From a virus (lineage: Duplodnaviria; Caudoviricetes): a stretch of 34,447 bases of DNA. This document shows, piece after piece, positions 27,201 through 34,447 of this stretch. Under the pieces are notes generated by a model. It was not told the DNA's origin, made no database searches, and saw only the letters and a list, made by a program, of their open reading frames with translations. The stretch's first letter is position 1, and each line of letters begins with the position of its first letter. The stretch is from IMG/VR virus record IMGVR_UViG_3300030095_001245, positions 1 to 34,447 of that record. One strand, 5' to 3'. The position numbers and the translations under genes were made by a program.

Positions 27201-28400
27201 GATGACGAAAACTTTACAGGTGGTGACCATCCTGACATATCTAAAAGATACACCTTTAGATTTACAGATGAGAACGGGGATAAACAAATAGTTAATATTG
27301 GTAAATATATTCAGTTTGCTCCACATTTAGAATTAGCACAAGATATAAAACTGTGGCAAAAGAAAGTAAAAGAAATAGAGTTAGACCCTATGTATTCAGC
27401 TGATATGGCTCTTGCTACAGCTAAGATGAATGAGTTTTTCTCAGCACAACTAGCTTATTACAACCACAGGATTTCTAATCAAATGTATATGAGAGAGTTT
27501 GCTAATTTAGTAAACATACTAATGAATCCTGATTCTAGTATTGTATCAAAGCTAGAACAGTACGGTTCAAATTTAGCTTCTAAAACAGTACCAGCAGTAA
27601 CGCTAAACCGTTCTACAAACAGAGCCTTAGCAGAAGCTAGGTACGAAATAGATACGTTCCGTAAGAAGATGATTGATAGTACTCCATATGAATTAATTAA
27701 ATATGTTAATGAGGAGCTATTAGATAACGCATTTGAAAAGCCATACTATGCAGACATGGTTGCTCCTAAGAGAGACATGTTCCATAACCCATATCCACCA
27801 AGAAACATTATACATGCTGTCCCTATGGATAGAGGTTTAAGTGCATTGATGTATGACAGAAGCGGTAACAAATTAAATTTAAGTGAATCAGGTAAAAGTA
27901 AGTTATTAGACGCAGCTGTTACATCCAATTATAACGGGATGGCTGACTCATATAAACTTAAAGGACTGGGAAAAGAAGCACCAAACCTAGAGTTAAGAAA
28001 GTATGAAATTGAATCGTTTGCTATGGAAGATGGTAAAAACCATTCATTCTATAAAAAGCTAGAAATGCCTGAAAAGACTTCGCTGTACGAAGGAATGAAA
28101 ATTGTAGCTAAAAATATTATACACGATAGATATGACGATAGAACTTTAAACGAAACTATAGCATATGAAATAGATAACCCTACATCTACGTTTAACACTC
28201 TATACAGACAAAACAGGTTACTGGGTGGTGAATATGAAGGTGGAGCATACTTAAGGCAAATACTTAATGACTACAATGAAGCCGCAAGAGACCACATGAA
28301 AGAACATTTTAAATTTAAAATAGGTGGTAAAGTTAAAACTATTTTAGAATTAGAAGAAGAAGTAGATGAAGGATTAACAACACTTATAAGAGAAGACTAA
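24216..28400 (+). CDS. large internal virion protein (gp16-like), GTG start
   Basis: 1394 aa before the tail fibre; TAGTG coupling; HFMKTPNNLIK-type motif; synteny. Confidence 0.75.
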   Translation: MSESIYDIRPIEEEGLTEGGAKKVEEKTMPPLEVKPELNRLNSGQRRRNSRERNARDAASSIEREQIALDKLESRDFLDVVFPRFYKNKYDEDVSELSDLEKVHLFYEDRIGNYHNTGKAITEVYGVTMGDLSKDNEYRADWAEMTQLYEDLPDFGQGGIGVWKWIKHFLPEMTIKDPTFYISLGLGKLATSSGKNKAITEAVEVVKKKIAKDKIEKTKGKEALENISDEDLAKYFDNNELARQMTLNSAKAAAAFDGLIGVGVGVAHDMHAQESEIEAGLSNEFSTWRMIKSGTLTGSISALTSGIFTGYSLKGANSKYYKDKETGFLRDVNRELRDLDIENNVSYQVNAKGELKTFKPKKGGKKKTAATTKKEIEKPDESDLIIQKSKEFSRTTDILNYEKIKGSDDFKLEIKNIMDSLGKNGVIRTEIRKALLKKAKDRGIELQTKDTDRVFEMLEHLSKMGDEGAALKFAADLEVLGRIQQFVKLRDLIEEAVTPKEKAALAKEMEDVFLDIAEKSKISTGAGTAASDIVQSGKLTRDLNEVEKLMLQKAELMTEAVNAFKRGFADMSVEQRIETLAKMGEHMNNPYKLQQLIDDANIRANKNQVTFGQALNEVVTGSLLLDISTHIINMSSAGIKTSHMRLEDYLAGIIHLGKTGDIELLRMLNDVNMQNRFVYVSALKDAMLAFKLQRSIGDQFEHKFDQPRLFMANQYVKQSEASGNALEKLLTSPYISINSKFSNFAFKSLGFEDTFIKNLVNRAYRIAHVNHRMRKFYPELWGKKPKDVTKALVEEQQIRHLRREINYQLSLDKVDKAKVQKMEDEILELEAKIDTGEFATKYRELFYQYEDEFGNFRMTKDFDESEISSLDELTKSVAYDPTYVGRESNFTNNPKREIFEPNQFYPEQTRNQYDIGGRFIKFANQWGWGRYLTGLHFMKTPNNLIKEFAIRTPVLNMVVSDWWKMMRAEDPIIRTKAHSQSSLGLITTLAAYHYFDDENFTGGDHPDISKRYTFRFTDENGDKQIVNIGKYIQFAPHLELAQDIKLWQKKVKEIELDPMYSADMALATAKMNEFFSAQLAYYNHRISNQMYMREFANLVNILMNPDSSIVSKLEQYGSNLASKTVPAVTLNRSTNRALAEARYEIDTFRKKMIDSTPYELIKYVNEELLDNAFEKPYYADMVAPKRDMFHNPYPPRNIIHAVPMDRGLSALMYDRSGNKLNLSESGKSKLLDAAVTSNYNGMADSYKLKGLGKEAPNLELRKYEIESFAMEDGKNHSFYKKLEMPEKTSLYEGMKIVAKNIIHDRYDDRTLNETIAYEIDNPTSTFNTLYRQNRLLGGEYEGGAYLRQILNDYNEAARDHMKEHFKFKIGGKVKTILELEEEVDEGLTTLIRED

Positions 28401-28418
28401 TAAAGTCCCCGTCTTAGA
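28401..28418 (+). promoter_or_regulatory. late phage RNAP promoter before the tail fibre
   Basis: TAAAGTCCCCGTCTTAGA(AG), 16/18 to the 13464 copy. Confidence 0.82.
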
Positions 28419-28440
28419 AGAATCATTTTAGAGGAAACAC

Positions 28441-30594
28441 ATGGCAAACAGTTTTGTAAGGTACACAGGTAACGGTAACACCACAGCCTATTCAGTGCCT
28501 TTTAGCTACAGAGCACAAGAAGACGTAACAGTTACGCTAAATGGTGTCGCTACTACTGCGTTTACATTTAATGGGGCTGGTACACAAATTACATTTACTA
28601 CTGCACCCGCTCTTGACGTAGCTATAGAAATCCGTAGAACTACAAGTCAGGGCACAAAGCTCGTAGATTATGCGTCAGGTTCAGTACTAACAGAATCAGA
28701 TTTAGACACGGATAGTGACCAAGCGTTCTTTATGTCTCAAGAGGCTATTGATGACGCTAGTGACGTAATTAAGTTATCTAACGTTAACTTTCAATGGGAT
28801 GGTCAAAACAAACGTTTGACTAACATTGCTGACCCAACATCAGCTCAAGACGCAGCTACTAAGAACTGGTCAGAAACAGCTATGTCCTCTCAGTTAGCTC
28901 AGGCTACAACACAGGCAACTAATGCTGCAACTAGTGCGACCAACGCTTCTACTAGTGCGACCAACGCTTCTACTAGTGAAACCAATGCGGCTTCTTCTGC
29001 TACAGCAGCGGCAACCAGTGCGACAGCGGCGGCAGCTAGTGAAACAGCGTCAGGGACATCTGAGACTAACGCTGGAACAAGTGCAACCCAAGCTGGCACG
29101 TCTGCTACAGCGGCGGCTAACTCGGCAAGTGCAGCAGCGACTTCTGCAACTAACGCAGCGTCTTCCGAATCATCCGTAGCTACTAATGCTACAAACGCAG
29201 CGGCTTCGGCTTCAGCTGCGGCTACATCTGCTAGCAACGCTAGTACATCCGAAACAAACGCTGGTACGTCTGAGACCAACGCTGGGACATCTGCGACTAA
29301 CGCAGCGTCTTCTGCTACGGCAGCGGCTAGCTCAGCTAGTGCGGCGTCCACAAGTGAAACCAATGCGGCGTCTAGTGCGTCTGCGGCTTCTACTTCTGCG
29401 ACCAATGCTGGCACATCAGAGACCAACGCAGCGACTTCTGCTACAAATGCTGGTACATCTGAGACCAATGCAGCAACTTCTGCGACCGCAGCTCAAACAG
29501 CTCAAGCAGCAGCTGAGGCAGCAGCAGATAACTTTGATGACACATACTTAGGAGCTAAAGCTTCTGACCCTACAGTAGATAATGACGGTGACGCATTAAC
29601 TGCTGGTGACTTGTATTTCAATACAACAACAAACAAAATGAAAGTTTATACTGGCTCTGCTTGGTTAGACGCCACAGCTAGTGGTACAGAAATATCTAAT
29701 GTTGTAGAAGATACAACACCTCAATTAGGTGGTAACTTAGACCTAAATGGTAATGACATTACAGGAACAGGAGCAATTCCAGCAGCGAATTTGACTGGTA
29801 CATTACCAGCAATTAATGGTGCTAATTTAACAGGCATATCAACAGATTTAGTAGGAGATACATCACCTCAATTAGGTGGTGACTTAGATTTAAACTCAAA
29901 TAATATTACGGGTACAGGTGCTATATCTTGTAGTGGTGATTTGACTGTTGATACAGACACATTAAAAGTAGATTCAACAAACAACAGGGTAGGTGTATTA
30001 ACTACAAGTCCAGCTGGGGTACTTCATGTTAAAACTGCCGCTTCAGGTGCAACACCTAATACAGCCGCAGATGAATTAGTTTTAGAGGGTTCAGGGGATT
30101 GCGGTATGAGCTTTCTAACAGGAAGTTCAAGTTCTGCTAGAATATATTTCGGTGATAGTGAAAACGCTTTATCAGGTGTTATTAAATACGACCATAATCT
30201 TAATGCTATGATGTTTAGTACAAGCGGTGCTGAAGAAATGAGATTAGAATCTGATGGCGACCTACATGTAGATGGAGATGTCATTGCTTTCTCAACCACA
30301 ATATCTGATGTTGCATTAAAATCTGATATCGAAATGATACCTAATGCACTAGATAAGATAGACGAAGTCAGAGGTGTTACATTTACAAGACACAACGGAC
30401 AGAAGTCTGCTGGTATTATTGCACAAGAATTAGAAAAAGTTTTACCTGAGGCTGTTAGAGAAAAGAAATTAGCACTACATGACGGTAAAGAATATAAAAC
30501 TGTAGAGTATGACGCTATACATGGCTTATTAATTAACTGTATTAAGGAACTCAAAGAGGAAATTAAGGAGTTAAAAGATGGCTTTACAAAGTAG
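28441..30594 (+). CDS. tail fibre: T7 gp17-like N-terminal adaptor, Ala/Thr/Ser repeat shaft, C-terminal intramolecular chaperone (peptidase S74-like)
   Basis: YTGNG..Y.VPFSY...IRRTT...DYASGSVLTESDLD; SATNA/SETNA repeats; SDVALK...GIIAQELEKVLPEAV...IKELKEEIKELK. Confidence 0.93.
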   Translation: MANSFVRYTGNGNTTAYSVPFSYRAQEDVTVTLNGVATTAFTFNGAGTQITFTTAPALDVAIEIRRTTSQGTKLVDYASGSVLTESDLDTDSDQAFFMSQEAIDDASDVIKLSNVNFQWDGQNKRLTNIADPTSAQDAATKNWSETAMSSQLAQATTQATNAATSATNASTSATNASTSETNAASSATAAATSATAAAASETASGTSETNAGTSATQAGTSATAAANSASAAATSATNAASSESSVATNATNAAASASAAATSASNASTSETNAGTSETNAGTSATNAASSATAAASSASAASTSETNAASSASAASTSATNAGTSETNAATSATNAGTSETNAATSATAAQTAQAAAEAAADNFDDTYLGAKASDPTVDNDGDALTAGDLYFNTTTNKMKVYTGSAWLDATASGTEISNVVEDTTPQLGGNLDLNGNDITGTGAIPAANLTGTLPAINGANLTGISTDLVGDTSPQLGGDLDLNSNNITGTGAISCSGDLTVDTDTLKVDSTNNRVGVLTTSPAGVLHVKTAASGATPNTAADELVLEGSGDCGMSFLTGSSSSARIYFGDSENALSGVIKYDHNLNAMMFSTSGAEEMRLESDGDLHVDGDVIAFSTTISDVALKSDIEMIPNALDKIDEVRGVTFTRHNGQKSAGIIAQELEKVLPEAVREKKLALHDGKEYKTVEYDAIHGLLINCIKELKEEIKELKDGFTK
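28900..29530 (+). repeat. degenerate 21-bp (heptad) coding repeat array in the tail fibre shaft
   Basis: Perfect tandem ACTAGTGCGACCAACGCTTCT at 28930-28950 and 28951-28971; many (A/G)TS(A/E)TNA units. Confidence 0.85.
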
Positions 30595-31639
30595 TGGTCA
30601 AATAAAACTAAGCGAGATAGCTGCTGAATTTGGTGGCTCTGAACCACATGCTTTATCTGAATATCATGGAAGTGGTAATGCACCTAGTAGTGGTGAGATA
30701 CAACTAGCAGCAGACTTTTATGGTACATCAAGCTTTACCCCATATAATGTTACTTATTTAAATATAGCTGGTGGTGGCGGTGGTGCCTCTAACCATAGAG
30801 GAGCTGGTGGCGGAGGTGCTGGCGGTAGACGCACAGGAACACTGAGTGCTACTTTTAACAGAAACACTGTTATCACAGTCTCTATAGGTGGAGGCGGAGC
30901 TGGTAGAGCCCTTAACACTGGTTTTCAACAAGGCGGTGATGGTTCAAGTACCTCAATTACAGGAAGTGGATTTACAAACATAACCTCAACAGGTGGAGGT
31001 GGAGCTGGTGATGATGAACAAGATGGCGGAAACCAAAACAGACATCATGGTAGAAATGGAGGCTCAGGTGGAGGTGGTGGACAACCCCCTACAGACTATA
31101 ATAGTTCGAATCATACTTCACAGGGTGGTTCAGGTACATCAGGACAAGGTAACAATGGTGGTTCTGTAAGCCCAAACCATGCTTCTACTGAAGATGATTA
31201 TTCTACATCCGACCATTCAGGTGCTGGTGGAGGTGGTGCTGGTGCTGCTGGTGGTAATGGCGTATCTGTTAGAATTAACTCTAATGCAGCTGGTGGTGCT
31301 GGTGGCTCAGGAGCTTCTGATTCTATTACAGGTTCATCTGTAACAAGGGCTGGCGGAGGCGGTGGTGGTACCGACAACAATGGTGGCGGTGGCTCTGGTG
31401 GCTCTGGTGGCGGAGGCAACGGTGGTAGAAATTCAACAGGTGGTAATGGCTCAGCTAACAAAGGCGGCGGAGGCGGTGGTGGAAACCGTAACACAGGTGG
31501 TTCAGGAGGTTCAGGTGTTGTTATATTATCTTTACCTACAGCTGGATATTCTGGCACAACATCAGGTAGTCCATCAGTTTCAACAAGTGGAAGTAATACT
31601 ATATTAACATTTACAGGTAGTGGGAGTTACACAACCTAA
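30578..31639 (+). CDS. glycine-rich putative adhesin / receptor-binding protein (T-even gp38-like architecture)
   Basis: Short N-terminal domain then about ten polyglycine motifs separated by polar loops; AAGGAG SD; overlaps the fibre gene. Confidence 0.75.
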   Translation: MALQSSGQIKLSEIAAEFGGSEPHALSEYHGSGNAPSSGEIQLAADFYGTSSFTPYNVTYLNIAGGGGGASNHRGAGGGGAGGRRTGTLSATFNRNTVITVSIGGGGAGRALNTGFQQGGDGSSTSITGSGFTNITSTGGGGAGDDEQDGGNQNRHHGRNGGSGGGGGQPPTDYNSSNHTSQGGSGTSGQGNNGGSVSPNHASTEDDYSTSDHSGAGGGGAGAAGGNGVSVRINSNAAGGAGGSGASDSITGSSVTRAGGGGGGTDNNGGGGSGGSGGGGNGGRNSTGGNGSANKGGGGGGGNRNTGGSGGSGVVILSLPTAGYSGTTSGSPSVSTSGSNTILTFTGSGSYTT

Positions 31640-32031
31640 TGGCACATTTTGCAAAGATAGATGAAAACAATATTGTTATTGCTGTTGAAGTAGTTTCTAA
31701 TGATATTGCTACAACAGAACAAGCTGGTGCAGATTTTTTAAATAGTCTTTATGGTACTACCGATACTTGGAAACAAACATCATACAACACTAAAGGAAAT
31801 GTTCATGCCTTAAATGGCACACCATTTAGAAAAAACTATGCTTGTATAGGAATGATTTTTGACAGCACAAGGGACGCTTTTTATGCCCCTCAACCTTTTA
31901 ACTCTTGGACTTTAAATGAGACCACATGTTTATGGGAAGCTCCTATACCACATCCAAATGATGGTAATAATTATAACTGGGATGAAGCTACATACCAAGA
32001 AGACAATACTTTAGGCTGGTTATTAAGTTAA
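31639..32031 (+). CDS. conserved-looking phage protein, possible fibre/adhesin assembly factor
   Basis: MAHFAKID...WKQTSYN...FRKNYA.IG...RDAF.APQPF.SW.L; TAATG coupling on both sides. Confidence 0.7.
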   Translation: MAHFAKIDENNIVIAVEVVSNDIATTEQAGADFLNSLYGTTDTWKQTSYNTKGNVHALNGTPFRKNYACIGMIFDSTRDAFYAPQPFNSWTLNETTCLWEAPIPHPNDGNNYNWDEATYQEDNTLGWLLS

Positions 32032-32642
32032 TGGCATTTGACTTTACCCTAGAAGACATATTACCTAACAAAGACAAAACAAAAATTCTTGCTGAAGTTT
32101 ATACTCACAGAGATATTTCATGTACTTCTAAAAAAGAACTTGAAAAAAATATAAAAATATCTAATTTGAATTTTTTTAATTATGGACACTCTAAGCTCAC
32201 ACGACTAGATAAAGATGATACTAATATACACTTAATTCAAGATTATCTTGCTAATGTTCATGGTGGCTATTGGGACAGTACTGCTTGTTTTATTTATCCG
32301 AAAGATGGTTTTATGGGATGGCATACTAACAATCTTGCACAAGGTATAAGGTGTTATTTTACCTACAGCTTTGAAAACAATTCAAATTTTTTTAGATATA
32401 GAAATCCATACACAAAAGAAATCATTGACAGTTATGATGAGAAAGGATGGAACGTAAGGTTTTTCCACGTTAACAAAGAAAATCCCTTTTGGCATTGTGT
32501 TGTAACAAATTCTAAGAGATACTCATTTGGGTTCAACTGGGCTAAAGAAGATAACCCATCAGAAAAACTCATAAAGGAAATAGAATTATGTTTGCAATCA
32601 CAGTCCAAAACAGAGGACGCCTTGAAAACAATAGGGCTTTAA
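32031..32642 (+). CDS. putative DSBH / 2OG-Fe(II) oxygenase-like protein with HxN...H motif
   Basis: YPKDGFMGWHTN ... FWHCV ... KRYSFGF. Confidence 0.65.
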   Translation: MAFDFTLEDILPNKDKTKILAEVYTHRDISCTSKKELEKNIKISNLNFFNYGHSKLTRLDKDDTNIHLIQDYLANVHGGYWDSTACFIYPKDGFMGWHTNNLAQGIRCYFTYSFENNSNFFRYRNPYTKEIIDSYDEKGWNVRFFHVNKENPFWHCVVTNSKRYSFGFNWAKEDNPSEKLIKEIELCLQSQSKTEDALKTIGL

Positions 32643-33436
32643 TTGGTTTTTTTAACGAACAAACTAAAGAAATTAATTTTGTCAAAGAAGACGCCTTACC
32701 AGATACATTAACTAATACAAATTTTTTTCGCCCCTTCGGATGTTATTGGAGAGAACAAAAACTATTTGTTGTAACGCATGACAAATTAATAAAATTAGAT
32801 AATAAGGGCAACTATCTTGAACATGAAACCTTGCATGACTTTGTAAACCCTCATCAAATTATAGAAACTAAAAAAGTTAGGTGTTACACAAACACTGGTA
32901 AAGACCTAATAAGACTTACACATAACAACAAAACAAAAACGATAGACTGTAAAAAACTAAAAGAAACTTATGGCAGTAACAAAGAAGATTCTCACCATGT
33001 AAATTCTTTATGTTTACATGATAATAAAATATTTTTTTGTTTGCATAACAACTCAGTTACTACCAATAAACCATCTCAATATTTTTATATAGATTTAGAT
33101 TCTGAAAAGATAAAATATATTTGTGAGTATGGTCTTTCTAGTCATAACTGTGAAATAGAAAATAATTTTTTATATACATTGTCTACAAAGACAGGGTGTT
33201 TAACTTGTATAAATTGGAAATCAAACAAAATAGTTTTTGAACTTAAATTAGCTAATCCAAAACATTATTTTTTAAGAGGATTACAATTAACAGAAAAACA
33301 TATTATTGTGGGAGCTTCAAGTAGCATTGGTACTTTTGCACAAATTTTATTTATTGATAGAAAAACAAATGATGTAACAGAAAGAAAAGACATTGATGGA
33401 TATAATACAGTATTAGATATCAAATGGACGCCATAG
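32588..33436 (+). CDS. putative beta-propeller protein
   Basis: Repeating blade-like motifs RPFGC, NPHQI, HHVNSL, SSHNC, FLRGL, VLDI about 40-50 aa apart. Confidence 0.6.
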   Translation: MFAITVQNRGRLENNRALIGFFNEQTKEINFVKEDALPDTLTNTNFFRPFGCYWREQKLFVVTHDKLIKLDNKGNYLEHETLHDFVNPHQIIETKKVRCYTNTGKDLIRLTHNNKTKTIDCKKLKETYGSNKEDSHHVNSLCLHDNKIFFCLHNNSVTTNKPSQYFYIDLDSEKIKYICEYGLSSHNCEIENNFLYTLSTKTGCLTCINWKSNKIVFELKLANPKHYFLRGLQLTEKHIIVGASSSIGTFAQILFIDRKTNDVTERKDIDGYNTVLDIKWTP

Positions 33437-33849
33437 AAAATTTTAAAACAATAACTGATGGAATTGGACATGGGACAACAACATTTTACCATCATTCAAA
33501 AGATGTATATGATTTTTTAAAAAGAGAAAGCTTGCCTGAAGATGTGTGCTTAGCTGGATTATATCATGCAATATATGGCACAAATTATTTTTACAAAAAC
33601 CTACATAAAATAAAGGTAGAAATTACAAGAGATTACATTAAAAATGTAATAGGAGAATTTGCAGAAAACTTGGTGTATCAGTTTTGTTCTTTGCCAAATA
33701 GAGATGTAACCATATACAATGGTAGTAATATTTACTTACAATACATAGCTTATGCCAATTTATTAGCACAATCACGACCAAATAAAAAAGTAGAAAAACT
33801 AAAGATATTGTATAAAAATAAGCTAAGTCATAGAGAGGATATTTCTTAA
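33424..33849 (+). CDS. HD-like helical protein (resembles DUF6817)
   Basis: GHGTTTFYHH...VCLAGLYHAIYGT...IKNVIGEFAENLVYQFC. Confidence 0.65.
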   Translation: MDAIENFKTITDGIGHGTTTFYHHSKDVYDFLKRESLPEDVCLAGLYHAIYGTNYFYKNLHKIKVEITRDYIKNVIGEFAENLVYQFCSLPNRDVTIYNGSNIYLQYIAYANLLAQSRPNKKVEKLKILYKNKLSHREDIS

Positions 33850-34014
33850 ATGAAAGTAACATTAGAACAACTTGCTGAAAAGCTAGACCGACTGGAGACA
33901 AAAGTAGAATCGTTACAGGAAGATGTCGCTAAAGGTAAGGGAGCTGTAAGTTTTCTTATGTGGATAGGTGGCATAGCTGCAATTATTATTGGATATTTTT
34001 GGAGTGACAAATGA
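33850..34014 (+). CDS. 54-aa coiled-coil plus C-terminal TM protein, possible lysis/holin accessory (not in ORF track)
   Basis: MKVTLEQLAEKLDRLETKVESLQEDV...AVSFLMWIGGIAAIIIGYFW; GAGGA SD; ATGA overlap with next gene. Confidence 0.75.
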   Translation: MKVTLEQLAEKLDRLETKVESLQEDVAKGKGAVSFLMWIGGIAAIIIGYFWSDK

Positions 34015-34445
34015 TACCTTTTGAAGTAATTACAATGCTGGGCTCAGGGCTTTTAACAGGTGTTCTTAGTCTGTGGTCAGCTAGTCAGAAAGACAAGGCA
34101 GACCAACAAAAGTTTTTAATACAACGTGCTGAGGTTGATAGAGCAGCTATACAGGACGCACGTAATCACGGCGGGCACTTCCAAAGTGTAACCCGTAGAT
34201 GGATGGCATTATTATCAGTATTATTTATTATATGTTTACCAAAGCTAGCCGTCTTTATAGACCCATCTATTGCTGTACATCTAATGTACTTAGAGCAAGT
34301 TAAAGAAGGGTGGTGGATATTTGGCAGTACCCAAGAGGTTACAACATTTAAAGGTATCAGTGGTATTGTAATTACTACAGCAGATACACACTTTCTAGCT
34401 GCTGTGTCAGGATTTTACTTCGGTTCAGCTGCCGTAAGGAGATAA
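34011..34445 (+). CDS. membrane protein, putative holin
   Basis: Three hydrophobic segments and terminal GFYFGS motif; GGAG SD; late position after the tail genes. Confidence 0.55.
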   Translation: MIPFEVITMLGSGLLTGVLSLWSASQKDKADQQKFLIQRAEVDRAAIQDARNHGGHFQSVTRRWMALLSVLFIICLPKLAVFIDPSIAVHLMYLEQVKEGWWIFGSTQEVTTFKGISGIVITTADTHFLAAVSGFYFGSAAVRR

Positions 34446-34447
34446 AA

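Noticed and set aside
1694-27928. Many minus-strand ORFs (e.g. 1694-2290, 9414-9818, 14082-14450, 25415-25981)
   Set aside because: They lie opposite well-supported genes, lack recognisable motifs and have the composition of antisense shadows.
28900-29530. Repeat array as CRISPR or diversity-generating retroelement template
   Set aside because: In-frame coding heptads without unique spacers; no cas or reverse transcriptase gene; no adenine-specific variant pair seen.
9024-30028. Partial promoter cores near 9026 (AAGTACCCAG), 17658 and 30017 (both reverse strand)
   Set aside because: Four or more mismatches, lacking the TNTWAGA half.
28899-31607. Long alternative-frame and antisense ORFs over the fibre and adhesin, including a poly-Pro ORF at 31198-31557
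   Set aside because: By-products of Ala/Thr and Gly codon repeats that lack stops in other frames.

Overview
The window is most of the genome of a T7-like podovirus (Autographiviridae-type, AT-rich; gene content resembles aquatic/marine lineages, host not determinable). All credible genes are on the + strand in T7 order. Early hypothetical genes and a single-subunit RNA polymerase are followed by SSB, endonuclease I, a lysozyme/amidase homologue, primase-helicase, family A DNA polymerase, exonuclease, a DUF3310-like protein and class I ribonucleotide reductase (nrdA/nrdB). Then come portal, scaffold, major capsid, tail tubular A/B, internal virion proteins, tail fibre, a tail-associated accessory cassette and two membrane proteins. 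No terminase or integrase is in the window. An 18-bp motif, TAAAGTACCCNTNTWAGA, occurs 7 times (one reversed, one intragenic) and is the likely phage promoter. The most notable observations are: (i) an AT-rich cassette of three putative enzymes (atypical HxN DSBH oxygenase, beta-propeller, HD-like/DUF6817-like protein) coupled to a gp38-like glycine-rich adhesin behind a chaperone-bearing tail fibre, a candidate virion/receptor modification system; (ii) a T7-lysozyme homologue with substituted catalytic residues; (iii) three tiny, extremely basic proteins plus a structured leader, but no phage promoter, in front of the capsid gene; (iv) a leftward promoter inside an inverted repeat. All family assignments come from motif recognition by eye, not database searches.
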